In this document: piece by piece, positions 46,368 through 56,474 of the stretch
How positions within the stretch are numbered: the stretch's first letter is position 1
How the letters are laid out: each line of letters starts with the position of its first letter
Assembly: GCA_022705905.1 (NCBI GenBank)
Contig: JAKJDO010000004.1
Coordinates: forward strand, 374 to 64,373
Length of the DNA: 64,000 nt
Direction: 5' to 3'
Origin: Patescibacteria group bacterium
GTDB taxonomy: Bacteria; Patescibacteriota; Patescibacteriia; Patescibacteriales; UBA12075
Notes under the pieces: generated by a model
Told to the model about the DNA's origin: nothing
The model's input: the letters and a program-made list of their open reading frames with translations, nothing else
Databases searched by the model: none
Position numbers and translations under genes: made by a program

Positions 46368-47375
46368 ATGATAATGAAATCTTCTATTTTAACCATTTTT
46401 ATAATTTTAACTGTTGCAATTGCTTTTTGCTCCCTTTTTATTTTTACGTCCGGAGAAAATAACAACTCGGCGGTTTTAGCGAGCAATGGCAACGGGGTGG
46501 TTTTAGGAATTGCTGATAATAACATTACGGTTTCAGCTGGCTCAAGCTTCAATTATATCGGCAGTCTCCCGCAAAACAGCGACAAAAAAAACGTCCCTCC
46601 CCAATTAAAAGACGGCTCCTTTCCGCCTGATTTGAGTAATTTGACTTATTTGGTGATGGATAAAGCTAGTGGAGCAATACTTTTGCAAAATAATGAAAAT
46701 AAAAAAACAGCCATAGCTAGCATTACAAAGTTAATTACTGCCTTGGTTTTTTTAGAACAGAATTTAGACTGGGAAGCTTCTTATAAAATAAAAAGCGGCG
46801 ATATCGTCGGCGGCGGTAAAAGTAATATTGCGCCGGGCGATGAAATAAAATTGAAAGATTTATTTTTTTTAAGCTTGGTTGGTTCAGATAATTCTGCCGC
46901 TGTTGCTTTGGCGCGAGCTACCGGTTTAAGCGATGAACAATTCGTGGAAAAATTAAATAGTAGGGCAAAAAATTTGGGCTTGTCTAATACTAATTTTTCT
47001 GACCCGACCGGCTTAAGCGATTCCAACACTTCTACGGCTTTTGATGTGGCTAAATTATCTCAAGTGGCTTTGGACAGAAAAGAAGTGCGTGAAGCAACTT
47101 TGACTAAAAATTATTATTTAATAACGACTGCTGGAATAAAAAAGAGCGTTCGTAATACTGACATTTTGTTAGATATTTTTCCGCAAAATGGCATAAAAAT
47201 TGTCGGTGGTAAAACGGGCTACACCACTAACGCTGGTTATTGCTTCGTCGGACAGTTTACGGACGGCAACGGACATGAAATTGTTTCGGTAGTTTTGGGT
47301 GAATCAGATATTAAAGCTCGTTTTGAAACAACAAAATTTTTAGTCCACTGGACTTATGATAATTTTGTGTGGTAA
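46368..47375 (+). CDS. D-alanyl-D-alanine carboxypeptidase (peptidase S11)
   Basis: SxxK (SITK), SDN and KTGYT motifs; N-terminal TM/signal. Confidence 0.85.
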   Translation: MIMKSSILTIFIILTVAIAFCSLFIFTSGENNNSAVLASNGNGVVLGIADNNITVSAGSSFNYIGSLPQNSDKKNVPPQLKDGSFPPDLSNLTYLVMDKASGAILLQNNENKKTAIASITKLITALVFLEQNLDWEASYKIKSGDIVGGGKSNIAPGDEIKLKDLFFLSLVGSDNSAAVALARATGLSDEQFVEKLNSRAKNLGLSNTNFSDPTGLSDSNTSTAFDVAKLSQVALDRKEVREATLTKNYYLITTAGIKKSVRNTDILLDIFPQNGIKIVGGKTGYTTNAGYCFVGQFTDGNGHEIVSVVLGESDIKARFETTKFLVHWTYDNFVW

Positions 47376-47418
47376 AATATTGTTGGCTAACATAAAATAA
47401 AAATTTAATTTTAAAAAT

Positions 47419-48195
47419 GTGAAAAACGGAAAAGAAAAGGTAATATTAGCTAATTGGAAAATGCGCCTTAACTTAAAAGAGACACAAGAACTAGCGCAAG
47501 AAATGGTTAAAAAATTCAAAGATTTTAATGGTGGTACCGTCGGTCTCTGTCCTAATTTTATTTCATTGCCTAGCGTTAAGAAAATTTTAGATGGTAGCCA
47601 GATCAAACTAGGAGCCCAAGATGTTTTTTGGGAGGAGGTGGGCGCTTATACTGGAGAAATTTCCGCCAAAATTTTGTCCGAGGTTGGTTGCGATTACGTT
47701 TTAATCGGCCATTCTGAAAGGCGCGAGTTGTTAATGGAAAATTACGAGATGATTCATAAAAAGTTGAAGGTAGTTTTAAGCTCAACGAAGTTAACGCCGG
47801 TTGTTTGCATCGGTGAAAATTGGGATGAACGAAAAACCGATCGCCGCAATTTTGTTTTATACGAACAAATGCACCAAGCCTTGAGTGGCATTGACTTAAA
47901 AGAGAGCAGAGATATTATTATCGCTTATGAACCGATTTGGGCAATTGGTTCGGGAACAGCCATTGAGCCTGAGGAAGCGCAATATGCGCATAAGATTATC
48001 AAAATGACCTTGAGCGATATGTTTGGTGAAAAAACAGTAGAAAGGAATTTTAAAATTATTTATGGTGGCAGTGTTAATAAAGACAATGCAAAAGATTTCG
48101 TTGGATTAGAAAATCTAGATGGCTTGTTGGTCGGTGGAGCTAGTTTAAAAGCAGACGAATTTTATGCAGTAGCTAAAACGATTACTAACTTTTAG
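47419..48195 (+). CDS. tpiA: Triosephosphate isomerase
   Basis: ANWKM, GHSERR, YEPIWAIGSG motifs; GTG start. Confidence 0.92.
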   Translation: MKNGKEKVILANWKMRLNLKETQELAQEMVKKFKDFNGGTVGLCPNFISLPSVKKILDGSQIKLGAQDVFWEEVGAYTGEISAKILSEVGCDYVLIGHSERRELLMENYEMIHKKLKVVLSSTKLTPVVCIGENWDERKTDRRNFVLYEQMHQALSGIDLKESRDIIIAYEPIWAIGSGTAIEPEEAQYAHKIIKMTLSDMFGEKTVERNFKIIYGGSVNKDNAKDFVGLENLDGLLVGGASLKADEFYAVAKTITNF

Positions 48196-48203
48196 TTTTT
48201 ACT

Positions 48204-49079
48204 ATGTTGGCTCACATTAAAGACATTGCTAAAGAAGCAGGGAAAGGCGGCTACGCTGTTGGCGCTTTTAACGTCCATAATTTAGAAACAGTTTTAGGCG
48301 TAGCGCACGCCGCTTTAAAAGCTAAATCGCCAGCAATTATTCAGGTGTCTGAAGGCGCCATAAAGTATATGGGCCTGAAGCCGGTGACGCATATTGTTTC
48401 CACTGTCGCAAAAAACGTAGCTGCGTCAGTGCCGATTGCCCTACATCTAGATCACGGAAAAACTTTTGATTCTGTTTTTGAATGTATTAGTGCCGGCTTT
48501 ACGTCCGTTCATATTGACGCCTCTCATTTGCCGTTGGATGAAAATATTAAATTAACGCAGCAAGTCGTTGAATTAGCGCGTTCAAAAAATGTTTGGGTGC
48601 AAGGTGAGGTTGGCGCTATGGTTGGCGGACACGGCGAGGTCGGCAAAAAAAAGATCGAAATACCGAAAGCTAAGCTAGTCGAAGTTGTCAATTTTGCCAA
48701 ACAGACAAAGGTTGATGCTATTGCCGCCGCTATCGGCACCGCTCATGGCGTTTTTGCTAATGAAGATATTGACCTAGAGCTTCTTTATGAAATAAAAAAA
48801 GCTCTTAAAATTCCTTTTGTTTTGCACGGTGGTTCGGGGATTCCTGATGTTAAAATAAAAAAAGCCATCAAGCAGGGCGTTAATATTATCAATATTGGTA
48901 CTGACATAAAGGTTGCCTTTTCGCATACTTTAATAAATACTTGCATAAAAAATAAAAAAGAAACGGATCCTCGCATTTTATTGACGCCCAGTATTCAGGC
49001 GGTAGAAGAAGTTGTAATTAAAAAAATGGAATTATTCGGTAGCGCTGGGCAGGTCGATCTCAAAGACATAAAGACTTAA
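48204..49079 (+). CDS. fba: Class II fructose-bisphosphate aldolase
   Basis: HLDHG, GTAHG, LHGGSG metal/substrate motifs. Confidence 0.9.
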   Translation: MLAHIKDIAKEAGKGGYAVGAFNVHNLETVLGVAHAALKAKSPAIIQVSEGAIKYMGLKPVTHIVSTVAKNVAASVPIALHLDHGKTFDSVFECISAGFTSVHIDASHLPLDENIKLTQQVVELARSKNVWVQGEVGAMVGGHGEVGKKKIEIPKAKLVEVVNFAKQTKVDAIAAAIGTAHGVFANEDIDLELLYEIKKALKIPFVLHGGSGIPDVKIKKAIKQGVNIINIGTDIKVAFSHTLINTCIKNKKETDPRILLTPSIQAVEEVVIKKMELFGSAGQVDLKDIKT

Positions 49080-49098
49080 TTTATTATTTTTTTTAAAA

Positions 49099-49929
49099 GT
49101 GATGTTTAATATCATTCCTCTAATTTTAATTATTATCAGTTTAATTTTGATTATTAATATTGTGGTAAAGAAATTTTCAGCTTTAGCTAGTCTTGACGTT
49201 GCCAGCATTCCAGCGGAAAAAGAAGCCGTCTTCAAAGAAAGGATTATGGGCAATAGATTGAAGAGAGAATTTTTTAAATATTATTCTAAGTTGTTAAAAT
49301 TTTTACGTCCGTTTTTTTCGACTATCGGCAGATTGCTAAAAACTCTTTACGGAAAATTGATTGATTTTAAAGAAAACTACAATCGAGAAAGTAGCTTGGT
49401 GCTAAACACAGAAGATCATATCAGTAAGCTTTTAGCAGAGGCTGAGGATTTAGTTAAAAAAGATGAATACGACGAAGCGGAAAAAAGATATATTGAAATC
49501 ATAAGCTTAGACAGTAAAAATCTTAAAGCTTTTCGTTCCTTAGGACGATTGTATGCTGAAGAGAAGAAATATCAGGAAGCGGAACAAACGTTGATGCACG
49601 TTCTAAGATTGATTGACAAGGAAGTTAATCAATCTGGTGGTGAGGTCTCAGACAGTGATAGGGAAGAAATTAACTCACAGCTGGCAGAAACCCACTTTGA
49701 TTTAGTTGAGGTGAATAAGGGTAAAAATAATCTTAGTGAAGCGATCAGCTGTATTAACGAGGCTTTGGCAATTATACCCAATAACCCACGTTATCTTGAC
49801 ACAAAACTCGAAATCAGTATAATGAATAAAGACAAAAGTTCAGCGCTAGAAGCTTATGATAAGATGGCAGAGGTCAATCCAGACAATCAAAAATTGGGCG
49901 AATTTAAGAAAAAAATAGAAGAACTATAA
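49099..49929 (+). CDS. Membrane-anchored TPR-repeat protein
   Basis: N-terminal TM followed by TPR-like helices (YDEAEKRYIEIISLD...GRLYAEEKKYQEAEQ). Confidence 0.65.
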   Translation: MMFNIIPLILIIISLILIINIVVKKFSALASLDVASIPAEKEAVFKERIMGNRLKREFFKYYSKLLKFLRPFFSTIGRLLKTLYGKLIDFKENYNRESSLVLNTEDHISKLLAEAEDLVKKDEYDEAEKRYIEIISLDSKNLKAFRSLGRLYAEEKKYQEAEQTLMHVLRLIDKEVNQSGGEVSDSDREEINSQLAETHFDLVEVNKGKNNLSEAISCINEALAIIPNNPRYLDTKLEISIMNKDKSSALEAYDKMAEVNPDNQKLGEFKKKIEEL

Positions 49930-49936
49930 TCTCCGG

Positions 49937-50000
49937 CACATAGCACGTAACACATAACAAAATTTGTTGTTCAGAATTGTTGTGTGTTGCGTGTTATGTG
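49937..50000. repeat. Imperfect 24-bp inverted repeat of the AACACATAACA family (terminator-like)
   Basis: CACATAGCACGTAACACATAACAA ... TTGTTGTGTGTTGCGTGTTATGTG, 21/24 complementary. Family copies at 56436-56450 and 61600-61665. Confidence 0.6.
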
Positions 50001-50012
50001 TTTTATAAAAAT

Positions 50013-50085
50013 GCCGTTGTAGCTCAGCTGGTAGAGCACTTCCATGGTAAGGAAGTGGTCCGCGGTTCAAGCCCGCGCAACGGCT
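50013..50085 (+). tRNA. tRNA-Thr (anticodon GGU)
   Basis: Cloverleaf folded by hand: acceptor GCCGTTG/CAACGGC, anticodon stem CTTCC/GGAAG with loop ATGGTAA, T arm CGCGG-TTCAAGC-CCGCG. Confidence 0.9.
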
Positions 50086-50131
50086 CAGTGATAACAGTTA
50101 ATTAGTAACATTTAACAATTAACGATTGTGA

Positions 50132-50488
50132 ATGGAAACGTTTCGTTTTTTAAAATTTAAAGTTTATCAAGACGCTAAAAGTTATTTTAAGTTAATACTA
50201 ATTATTTCTGAAAGAATCAATAGCTATTCTTTCAAAGATCAAATCAGAAGAGCTGTTTTATCAATTGTTCTAAATATCGCTGAAGGCTCAGCGAAAAAAT
50301 CTGATGCTGAATTTGCTAGATTTTTAGAAATATCTTTGGGTTCAATAAACGAAGTAGTCGCTTGTTTAGATATAATGAAGGAATTAAATAAGATAAATAA
50401 AAAAGAATATGAAGACTTGCTTAATAGTTCAGAAGAATTAGCAAAGCAATTAGGTGGTTTTATAAAAAAGTTAAGAAATAAAAGCTAA
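50132..50488 (+). CDS. Four-helix-bundle protein (23S rRNA intervening-sequence protein family)
   Basis: FKVYQDAKSYF...IRRAVLSIVLNIAEGSAKKSDAEFARFLEISLGS...E signature of the family. Confidence 0.8.
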   Translation: METFRFLKFKVYQDAKSYFKLILIISERINSYSFKDQIRRAVLSIVLNIAEGSAKKSDAEFARFLEISLGSINEVVACLDIMKELNKINKKEYEDLLNSSEELAKQLGGFIKKLRNKS

Positions 50489-50521
50489 AAGTTTATTGTT
50501 AATAGTTAAGTGTTAATATAT

Positions 50522-50604
50522 GGGTCGGTACCAAAGCGGTCAACTGGGGCAGACTGTAAATCTGCTGGCTTACGCCTTCGAAGGTTCGATCCCTTCCCGG
50601 CCCA
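50522..50604 (+). tRNA. tRNA-Tyr (anticodon GUA), long variable arm
   Basis: Acceptor GGGTCGG/CCGGCCC, anticodon stem GCAGA/TCTGC with loop CTGTAAA, T arm GAAGG-TTCGATC-CCTTC. Terminator hairpin follows at 50616-50640. Confidence 0.9.
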
Positions 50605-50702
50605 CTAAAAAATTTAAGGCTAAATTTAGCCTTATTTTTTTATTTTTGTCAATGTAATTTTCTCTGCATAAATATTTTCATTTTAGAATATTATAAAAAA
50701 TA

Positions 50703-50711
50703 TGTTATAAT
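50703..50711 (+). promoter_or_regulatory. Extended -10 element TGTTATAAT upstream of the P-type ATPase
   Basis: Third copy of ATGTTATAAT; 64 nt before the ATG at 50775. Confidence 0.4.
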
Positions 50712-50774
50712 ATTATAGTAAAAGAAAAATTGACAATCTCACAAGGGTTGCCATTTTAATAATTTTTAACTTGA

Positions 50775-53411
50775 ATGAAATATACAGGATTAACCAAAAA
50801 ACAAGCGAAAGAATTGCTTGATAGCTATGGATATAATGAATTAAAGGAGTCGGGGAAAAAAACTGTTTTTAATATACTGTGGCGTCAAATACAAAGCAAT
50901 TTTATAGTCTACCTACTGTTAGCGGCTATGATCATATCATTTATTGTTGGCAAAGATATTACCGCCTATACGATTTTAGCAGTTATAACCATTGTTATTT
51001 TTTCCGGTTTTTTCCAGGAATATAAAGCAGAGGAGGCGGTTGAAAATTTAAAAAAAATGGTAATGCCGGTATCACTGGTTATTAGAGAGGGCAGGGAGCT
51101 AGAAATAGAAACAAAAGAAATCGTGCCTGGAGACATAGTTGTTTTACGAACCGGCGAAAAGATTCCAGCTGATTGCGTTATTTTGGAATGCAGAGAACTG
51201 GAAGTTAATGAATCGGTGCTGACCGGAGAATCAAAGGAAGTCGCTAAGATCGCCGCTGTCAATTCCGAAAATTACGATGACTCAAATTCTTTGTTTGCCG
51301 GTTCTTTTATTGTGAACGGTAAAGGGATCGCTAAAGTCGTTCATACGGGCATGAACACCCGTTTTGGCAAAATTGCCGGCCTGATTTCTTCTACAGACAA
51401 GGAGTTGCCTTTGCAAAAAAAGGTTAACCGCATCGCTAAGTTCATGGCTTTAGTCGGCGTGATTATGGCTTCGGCTACCGGCTTAACAATGTTATTTAGC
51501 CAAGAGATAACTCCCGAATTGTTAGTAGAGGTTTTAATATTAACAATAGCTATATCAGTTTCCGCTTTTCCTGAGGGCTTTCCCGTTGTATTGATAACCA
51601 CTTTATCGGTAGGCGCTTTTAAAATGGCGAAAAAGAACGCTATAGTGAACAGAATGTCAATTATTGAGACGTTGGGGGAGACAACAGTTATATGTTCAGA
51701 CAAAACAGGCACTATTACAAAAGGAGAAATGACTGTAAAAAAAATATATGCAGCTGGAAAAAGATACGAATTATCAGGCGTGGGTTATGACGAAAAAGGC
51801 GACTTCCACGTTAAGGGCAAAAAAATTGAAGCTAAATCCGAAGACGTTTTAAGTCTACTATTGAAGGTCGCAGTATTATGCAACGATGCTGTTATTATGC
51901 GGGCTGATGATGGCCTAGGGTATACAGCCAGCGGATCTCCGACAGAAGCCGCTTTATTAGTAATGGCGGCTAAAGGTGGATTTTTTAGGGAAGATTTTTT
52001 CGGAGAAAGACAGGAGGAAATAACTTTTAACTCCGAAAGAAAAATGATGTCAGTATTATTTGCCGGCGACAACGAAACGCTAGTTTGCGCCAAAGGCGCT
52101 CCCGAGACTATTATTAAAAAGTGCAGAAGCGTGCAAAAAGGTGTTGGTGTTAGGCAGTTGAGCACCAAAGATCGATTAACTATTTTAGCCGAGCATAGAA
52201 AGATGACAGAAGAGGCCTGCCGCACGATTGCCTTTGCTTATCGAAAAGCAGAGAACTCCGATAAAAAAAGTTTAGATGAGGAATTGGTGTTTTTAGGCTT
52301 AGCGGCTATGGAAGATCCGCCTCGAGAAGAGGTTGCCGAATCGTTGCGTATTTGCGAGAACGCAGGCATAACAGTCAAGATGATTACCGGAGACAATAAA
52401 GAAACAGCCATGTCTATAGCCGGGCAGATAGGTCTTGACAAGGGTCGGGTAGTAGAAGGGGAAGAGCTGGATGAATTGACTGACGATGAGCTAACAGCGA
52501 TTGTGGGCGAAATCAGTATTTTTGCCCGCGTTCGGCCAGTTCATAAAATTAGAATAGTAAAGGCTCTTAAAGAAAGAGGCGAGATCGTGACTATGACTGG
52601 CGACGGAGTCAATGATTCCCCTGCCCTTAAAGAAGCCCATATAGGGGTGGCTATGGGTAGAACTGGCACGGATGTTTCTCGCAGTGTGGCTGACTTGATT
52701 CTTAAAGATGATAATTTTGCCACTATCGTAGCGGCTATTCGTGAAGGACGCGCTATTTTTAATAATATACGGAAATTTACCTCCTACCAGCTTTCTTGCA
52801 ATTACGCTGAATTATTTATTTTATTTATTGGAGCTCTGCTATATCCTTATTTCGGCTGGCCGGTACCCATACTTTTAGCTCTGCATATACTTTTTATGAA
52901 TTTAATAACGGATAATTTGCCGGCAATTACCCTGGGATTTAATAATTCATCTCAGGATATTATGGAAGAAAAACCTAGGCGAAACGCTAAAATATTAGTA
53001 AAGAGCACAGTTATTCCGCTTATTATTTCCGGTATTATTATGGCTGCGTTTTCGCTGGTTGCTTTTTGGGTGTCATATAATATCATGGGCATGACAGTGA
53101 GCGAATCAAGAACGATAACTTTAGTGATTTTAATACTTTTGGAAATTGCCGGCGCTTTTAGTTTCCGTAGCTTCCGCAAGCCGGTTTTCGGTCGGTCACT
53201 GCTAGTTAATAAATATTTAGTTTATGCTTCAGGCGCTTCTCTGCTCGCTACTTTAGTCATAGTTTACTCTCCTTTGAATAAAATTTTTGAAACATCCCCA
53301 CTATTGATTGGCGAATGGCTGGCCGCTTTAGCCGTAGCCTTAGCTGCTGTATTGATAATGGATTTATTAAAAACGATAAATAATAAGAAAAAATATTTAG
53401 TTTTTGATTAA
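50775..53411 (+). CDS. P-type cation-transporting ATPase (P2, Ca2+-ATPase-like)
   Basis: DKTGTIT phosphorylation site, TGES, MITGDNKETA, MTGDGVNDSPALK, 10 TMs. Confidence 0.9.
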   Translation: MKYTGLTKKQAKELLDSYGYNELKESGKKTVFNILWRQIQSNFIVYLLLAAMIISFIVGKDITAYTILAVITIVIFSGFFQEYKAEEAVENLKKMVMPVSLVIREGRELEIETKEIVPGDIVVLRTGEKIPADCVILECRELEVNESVLTGESKEVAKIAAVNSENYDDSNSLFAGSFIVNGKGIAKVVHTGMNTRFGKIAGLISSTDKELPLQKKVNRIAKFMALVGVIMASATGLTMLFSQEITPELLVEVLILTIAISVSAFPEGFPVVLITTLSVGAFKMAKKNAIVNRMSIIETLGETTVICSDKTGTITKGEMTVKKIYAAGKRYELSGVGYDEKGDFHVKGKKIEAKSEDVLSLLLKVAVLCNDAVIMRADDGLGYTASGSPTEAALLVMAAKGGFFREDFFGERQEEITFNSERKMMSVLFAGDNETLVCAKGAPETIIKKCRSVQKGVGVRQLSTKDRLTILAEHRKMTEEACRTIAFAYRKAENSDKKSLDEELVFLGLAAMEDPPREEVAESLRICENAGITVKMITGDNKETAMSIAGQIGLDKGRVVEGEELDELTDDELTAIVGEISIFARVRPVHKIRIVKALKERGEIVTMTGDGVNDSPALKEAHIGVAMGRTGTDVSRSVADLILKDDNFATIVAAIREGRAIFNNIRKFTSYQLSCNYAELFILFIGALLYPYFGWPVPILLALHILFMNLITDNLPAITLGFNNSSQDIMEEKPRRNAKILVKSTVIPLIISGIIMAAFSLVAFWVSYNIMGMTVSESRTITLVILILLEIAGAFSFRSFRKPVFGRSLLVNKYLVYASGASLLATLVIVYSPLNKIFETSPLLIGEWLAALAVALAAVLIMDLLKTINNKKKYLVFD

Positions 53412-53545
53412 TCAATTGGATGTTCGGGGCCAGTAGCTTTTTTTATTTTTTAAAATTTTTATTAAGAAAATAGGATTTTGCCAGTCGCCATAGCTGCGGT
53501 GATTTGTTATTAATATTATTCTAATTTTTTTGTAATAAAATTAAT

Positions 53546-54106
53546 ATGAATAAAAAAATAGTCGTATTGTTAGTTTTGGTTGCGATAATAATTTTTTTTA
53601 GCGTTTTGGTTTTTCAAACCAGCATATTAAAGACAAAAAAAATTGGGTTGAAATTTAATTTGCCCAGAATTATGCAGCTACAAAGTGAAGCCTTCGGCAA
53701 CAACCAAAAAATACCTGACAAGTATACTTGTAATGGCGCCAACGTTAATCCGCCTTTGCTGATTTTTGACGCTCCGCAGGGAGCCAAGACATTAGCCCTG
53801 GTAGTTGATGATCCCGACTCTTTACCTAGTAATTGGTCTCATTGGTTAGTTTGGAATATAGATCCGACTACTAAATCAATCATTGAAGACTCAGTGCCCC
53901 TTGGCGCAACTGAGGGCATGACTGACTTCGGCCGGGCAGGCTATGGCGGACCCTGCCCACCCAGCGGCACCCATCGTTATTTTTTTAAACTTTATGCTTT
54001 AGACAATATTTTAAATTTATCATCCGACGCTGATAAGAAGGATTTAGAAACCGCAATAGACGGCCATATCTTAGACCAAGCAATTTTAATTGGCTTGTAT
54101 AGATAA
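53546..54106 (+). CDS. YbhB/YbcL family PEBP (Raf kinase inhibitor-like) protein
   Basis: DDPD...HWLVWNI...GYGGPCPPSGTHRYFFKLYALD signature; N-terminal TM. Confidence 0.85.
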   Translation: MNKKIVVLLVLVAIIIFFSVLVFQTSILKTKKIGLKFNLPRIMQLQSEAFGNNQKIPDKYTCNGANVNPPLLIFDAPQGAKTLALVVDDPDSLPSNWSHWLVWNIDPTTKSIIEDSVPLGATEGMTDFGRAGYGGPCPPSGTHRYFFKLYALDNILNLSSDADKKDLETAIDGHILDQAILIGLYR

Positions 54107-54110
54107 AGAT

Positions 54111-54575
54111 ATGCTTGATGTCACAATTTTAGCCGTAGGAAAAATTAAGGAAAAATATTTTGCCGAAGCAATCAGTGAATACGCCAAAAGATTAAAACCT
54201 TACGCGAGTTTGAAATTCGTCGAGCTCGGCTCAATCGCTTTTAAGGAGTTTAGTCGGGAAAAAGCCAAAAACGATGAAGGTAAAAAAATAACAAGCTATT
54301 TAGATAGAAATGGCGATAAATACGCCATTATTCTAGACGAGCGCGGGATTAACTTTTCTTCTCAAAAATTCTCTAAATATTTACAGGAGTTAAACAAGCC
54401 GATCGTGTTTGTTGTTGGCGGCGCTGTAGGATTGTCAAAAGAGGTGCTGGAGCGGGCTGATTATATAATGACGTTGTCATCTTTTACTTTGCCGCATGAG
54501 TTAGCTAGATTGGTTTTAGTCGAGCAAATATACAGGGCGGTAGCTATTGCCAGTAACAAGACTTATCATTATTGA
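54111..54575 (+). CDS. rlmH: 23S rRNA (pseudouridine1915-N3)-methyltransferase RlmH
   Basis: SPOUT family pattern (ILAVGKIKEKYF...FVVGGAVGLS...LSSFTLPHELAR). ATG at 54111 preferred. Confidence 0.85.
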   Translation: MLDVTILAVGKIKEKYFAEAISEYAKRLKPYASLKFVELGSIAFKEFSREKAKNDEGKKITSYLDRNGDKYAIILDERGINFSSQKFSKYLQELNKPIVFVVGGAVGLSKEVLERADYIMTLSSFTLPHELARLVLVEQIYRAVAIASNKTYHY

Positions 54576-54589
54576 TTCAATTTTTTTTC

Positions 54590-54619
54590 AAAAAAGCCCC
54601 GAAATTCAGGGCTTTTTTA
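54590..54619. terminator. Bidirectional terminator shared by convergent rlmH and the SIMPL gene
   Basis: GCCCCGAAattTTCAGGGC-type hairpin flanked by A6 and T6. Confidence 0.75.
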
Positions 54620-54634
54620 TCTTCTGATGACTTT

Positions 54635-55408
54635 TTATTTTATCTTATAATTGACGTTTACTTCGACAACAAGCTCTCTGGAGCCGGTTGGTATTGAGGG
54701 CTCAGTCATAGCTCCGCCGCCGCCCATTCCGCCTTTGCCGTAGTATTGATCTATCGTGCTCTCTGGATAGATATAATTTTCCCACCAGCCGACAATCTTA
54801 CCCAATTTTACACCCAAGGCATTGCCGATGTTTTTAGCTTTTGTCCTAGCGTCTAATATAGCCTTTATCCTGGCTTCCTGTTTTAAGTCATTTAAATTTG
54901 AAGCCTCGAAAGACACCCCATTAATTTTATTGGTTCCGGCTTTACCGGCCGCCGCAATTATTTCCGCCACCTTGTTGGCATTTTTGTTGATTTCGTTAAT
55001 TTTAACGCTAATGCTTTGGTTGGCGTTATAGCCGTTTATTTTTGAAATTCCGTCAACAATATCGTATTGCGGATTCAGAGTGTAATTTTGAGTTTGGATA
55101 TTTTCTTTGGGTATGCCTGATTTTTCTATAGCCGCGATAACCTGTTTCATCTTTTCGTTTAATTGGTTTAAAGCGTCTTCCGGTTTAGCTACTTTACTAA
55201 TTTCCACTTCCAGATTGACGCGGGCGACGTCTGGATCGTATGCGATCCTGCCTTGTCCGGCCACGCTGATTTGCCATTGAGGTTCATTGACTAAACGTTC
55301 TCGCAAAATCGAGACGATAATAATTGATCCTAAAACTAAGATAGCAATCAAGGCTATAATAATTTTAGGACTGCGCCAGGTAGCGCAACTTGAATTATTT
55401 TGGTCCAT
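54635..55408 (-). CDS. SIMPL (DUF541) domain protein, membrane-anchored
   Basis: N-terminal TM, then a SIMPL-like pattern (ISVAGQGRIAYDPDVARVNLEV..., NGYNANQSISVKI...). Confidence 0.6.
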   Translation of the reverse strand: MDQNNSSCATWRSPKIIIALIAILVLGSIIIVSILRERLVNEPQWQISVAGQGRIAYDPDVARVNLEVEISKVAKPEDALNQLNEKMKQVIAAIEKSGIPKENIQTQNYTLNPQYDIVDGISKINGYNANQSISVKINEINKNANKVAEIIAAAGKAGTNKINGVSFEASNLNDLKQEARIKAILDARTKAKNIGNALGVKLGKIVGWWENYIYPESTIDQYYGKGGMGGGGAMTEPSIPTGSRELVVEVNVNYKIK

Positions 55409-55536
55409 AAATTTAATTAAAGTTTATATAAAATATTTTACTAAAAACAAATTAGAATATTATTAATTATATTTATTATATTACAATTTGACCAGCTTGT
55501 AAAAAGACTATACTATATAATTGCTAATATTTTTTT

Positions 55537-56397
55537 ATGCCTGAGTTACCAGAAGTCGAAACAATCAAAAACGATTTAAAGAGCAATGTTATTCGCAAAA
55601 AGATAGTGAGCGTAGACTTAGGGAAGCCAAGAATTGTTAAAAACAGAGGCAGTGAATTTAAAAAGCAATTGGTTGGTAATGAATTTATAGATATCAGCCG
55701 AATCGGTAAATTGTTAATAATATCTTTAAAAAGGGGTGGTTTATTGTTGTTAGTTCATCTAAAAATGACTGGTCAGCTAATTTATTGCCATCAGGGTAAA
55801 TATGTCGCTGGCGGCCACAGCCTGCCCAAGCTAGGCAGCTCTTTGCCCAATAAATATTCCCATGTTATTTTTAAATTTACCGATAATTCAAAATTGTTTT
55901 TTAATGACCTACGGCAATTCGGTTACCTCCAATTAATTAAACGGGGAGATTTAAAAAAGGTAACAAACAATTACGGCATAGAACCTTTACAGTTTAATTT
56001 TAAGCCAGAGAGGCTGGCTGAGATTTTTAAAAAAAGAACGGCACCGGTGAAATCCTTACTTTTAAATCAGAAATTAATCGCCGGGATAGGCAATATTTAC
56101 GCCGATGAAGTTTTGTTTGCCGCTGGGGTTCTTCCGGATAGGCAGGCTAAGAGCCTGAGCAATAAGGAGGTAAAAAAAATTTTTGTTGCTAGCCAAAAAA
56201 TTATTGCTCTAGCGATTAAACATCGCGGCACGACCTTTAACGATTATGTTGATGCCGATGGTAATGTTGGCAGCTTTGTTAAATTTTTAAAAGTTTATGG
56301 CCGCCAAGGAAAGACATGTTTTCGTTGTGGCGCAACGGTTAAAAAAACAAAAGTCGCTGGTCGGGGTACACATTTTTGTCCCGAATGTCAAAAGTAA
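55537..56397 (+). CDS. mutM: Formamidopyrimidine-DNA glycosylase
   Basis: MPELPEVETI N-terminus, H2TH region, C-terminal zinc finger CFRCG...CPECQ. Confidence 0.92.
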   Translation: MPELPEVETIKNDLKSNVIRKKIVSVDLGKPRIVKNRGSEFKKQLVGNEFIDISRIGKLLIISLKRGGLLLLVHLKMTGQLIYCHQGKYVAGGHSLPKLGSSLPNKYSHVIFKFTDNSKLFFNDLRQFGYLQLIKRGDLKKVTNNYGIEPLQFNFKPERLAEIFKKRTAPVKSLLLNQKLIAGIGNIYADEVLFAAGVLPDRQAKSLSNKEVKKIFVASQKIIALAIKHRGTTFNDYVDADGNVGSFVKFLKVYGRQGKTCFRCGATVKKTKVAGRGTHFCPECQK

Positions 56398-56474
56398 TTA
56401 ATGATTTTTTAATTTATTTTTTATATAATAGAATTACATAACACATAACAATCCCCACAAGGGAATAAAAAATT

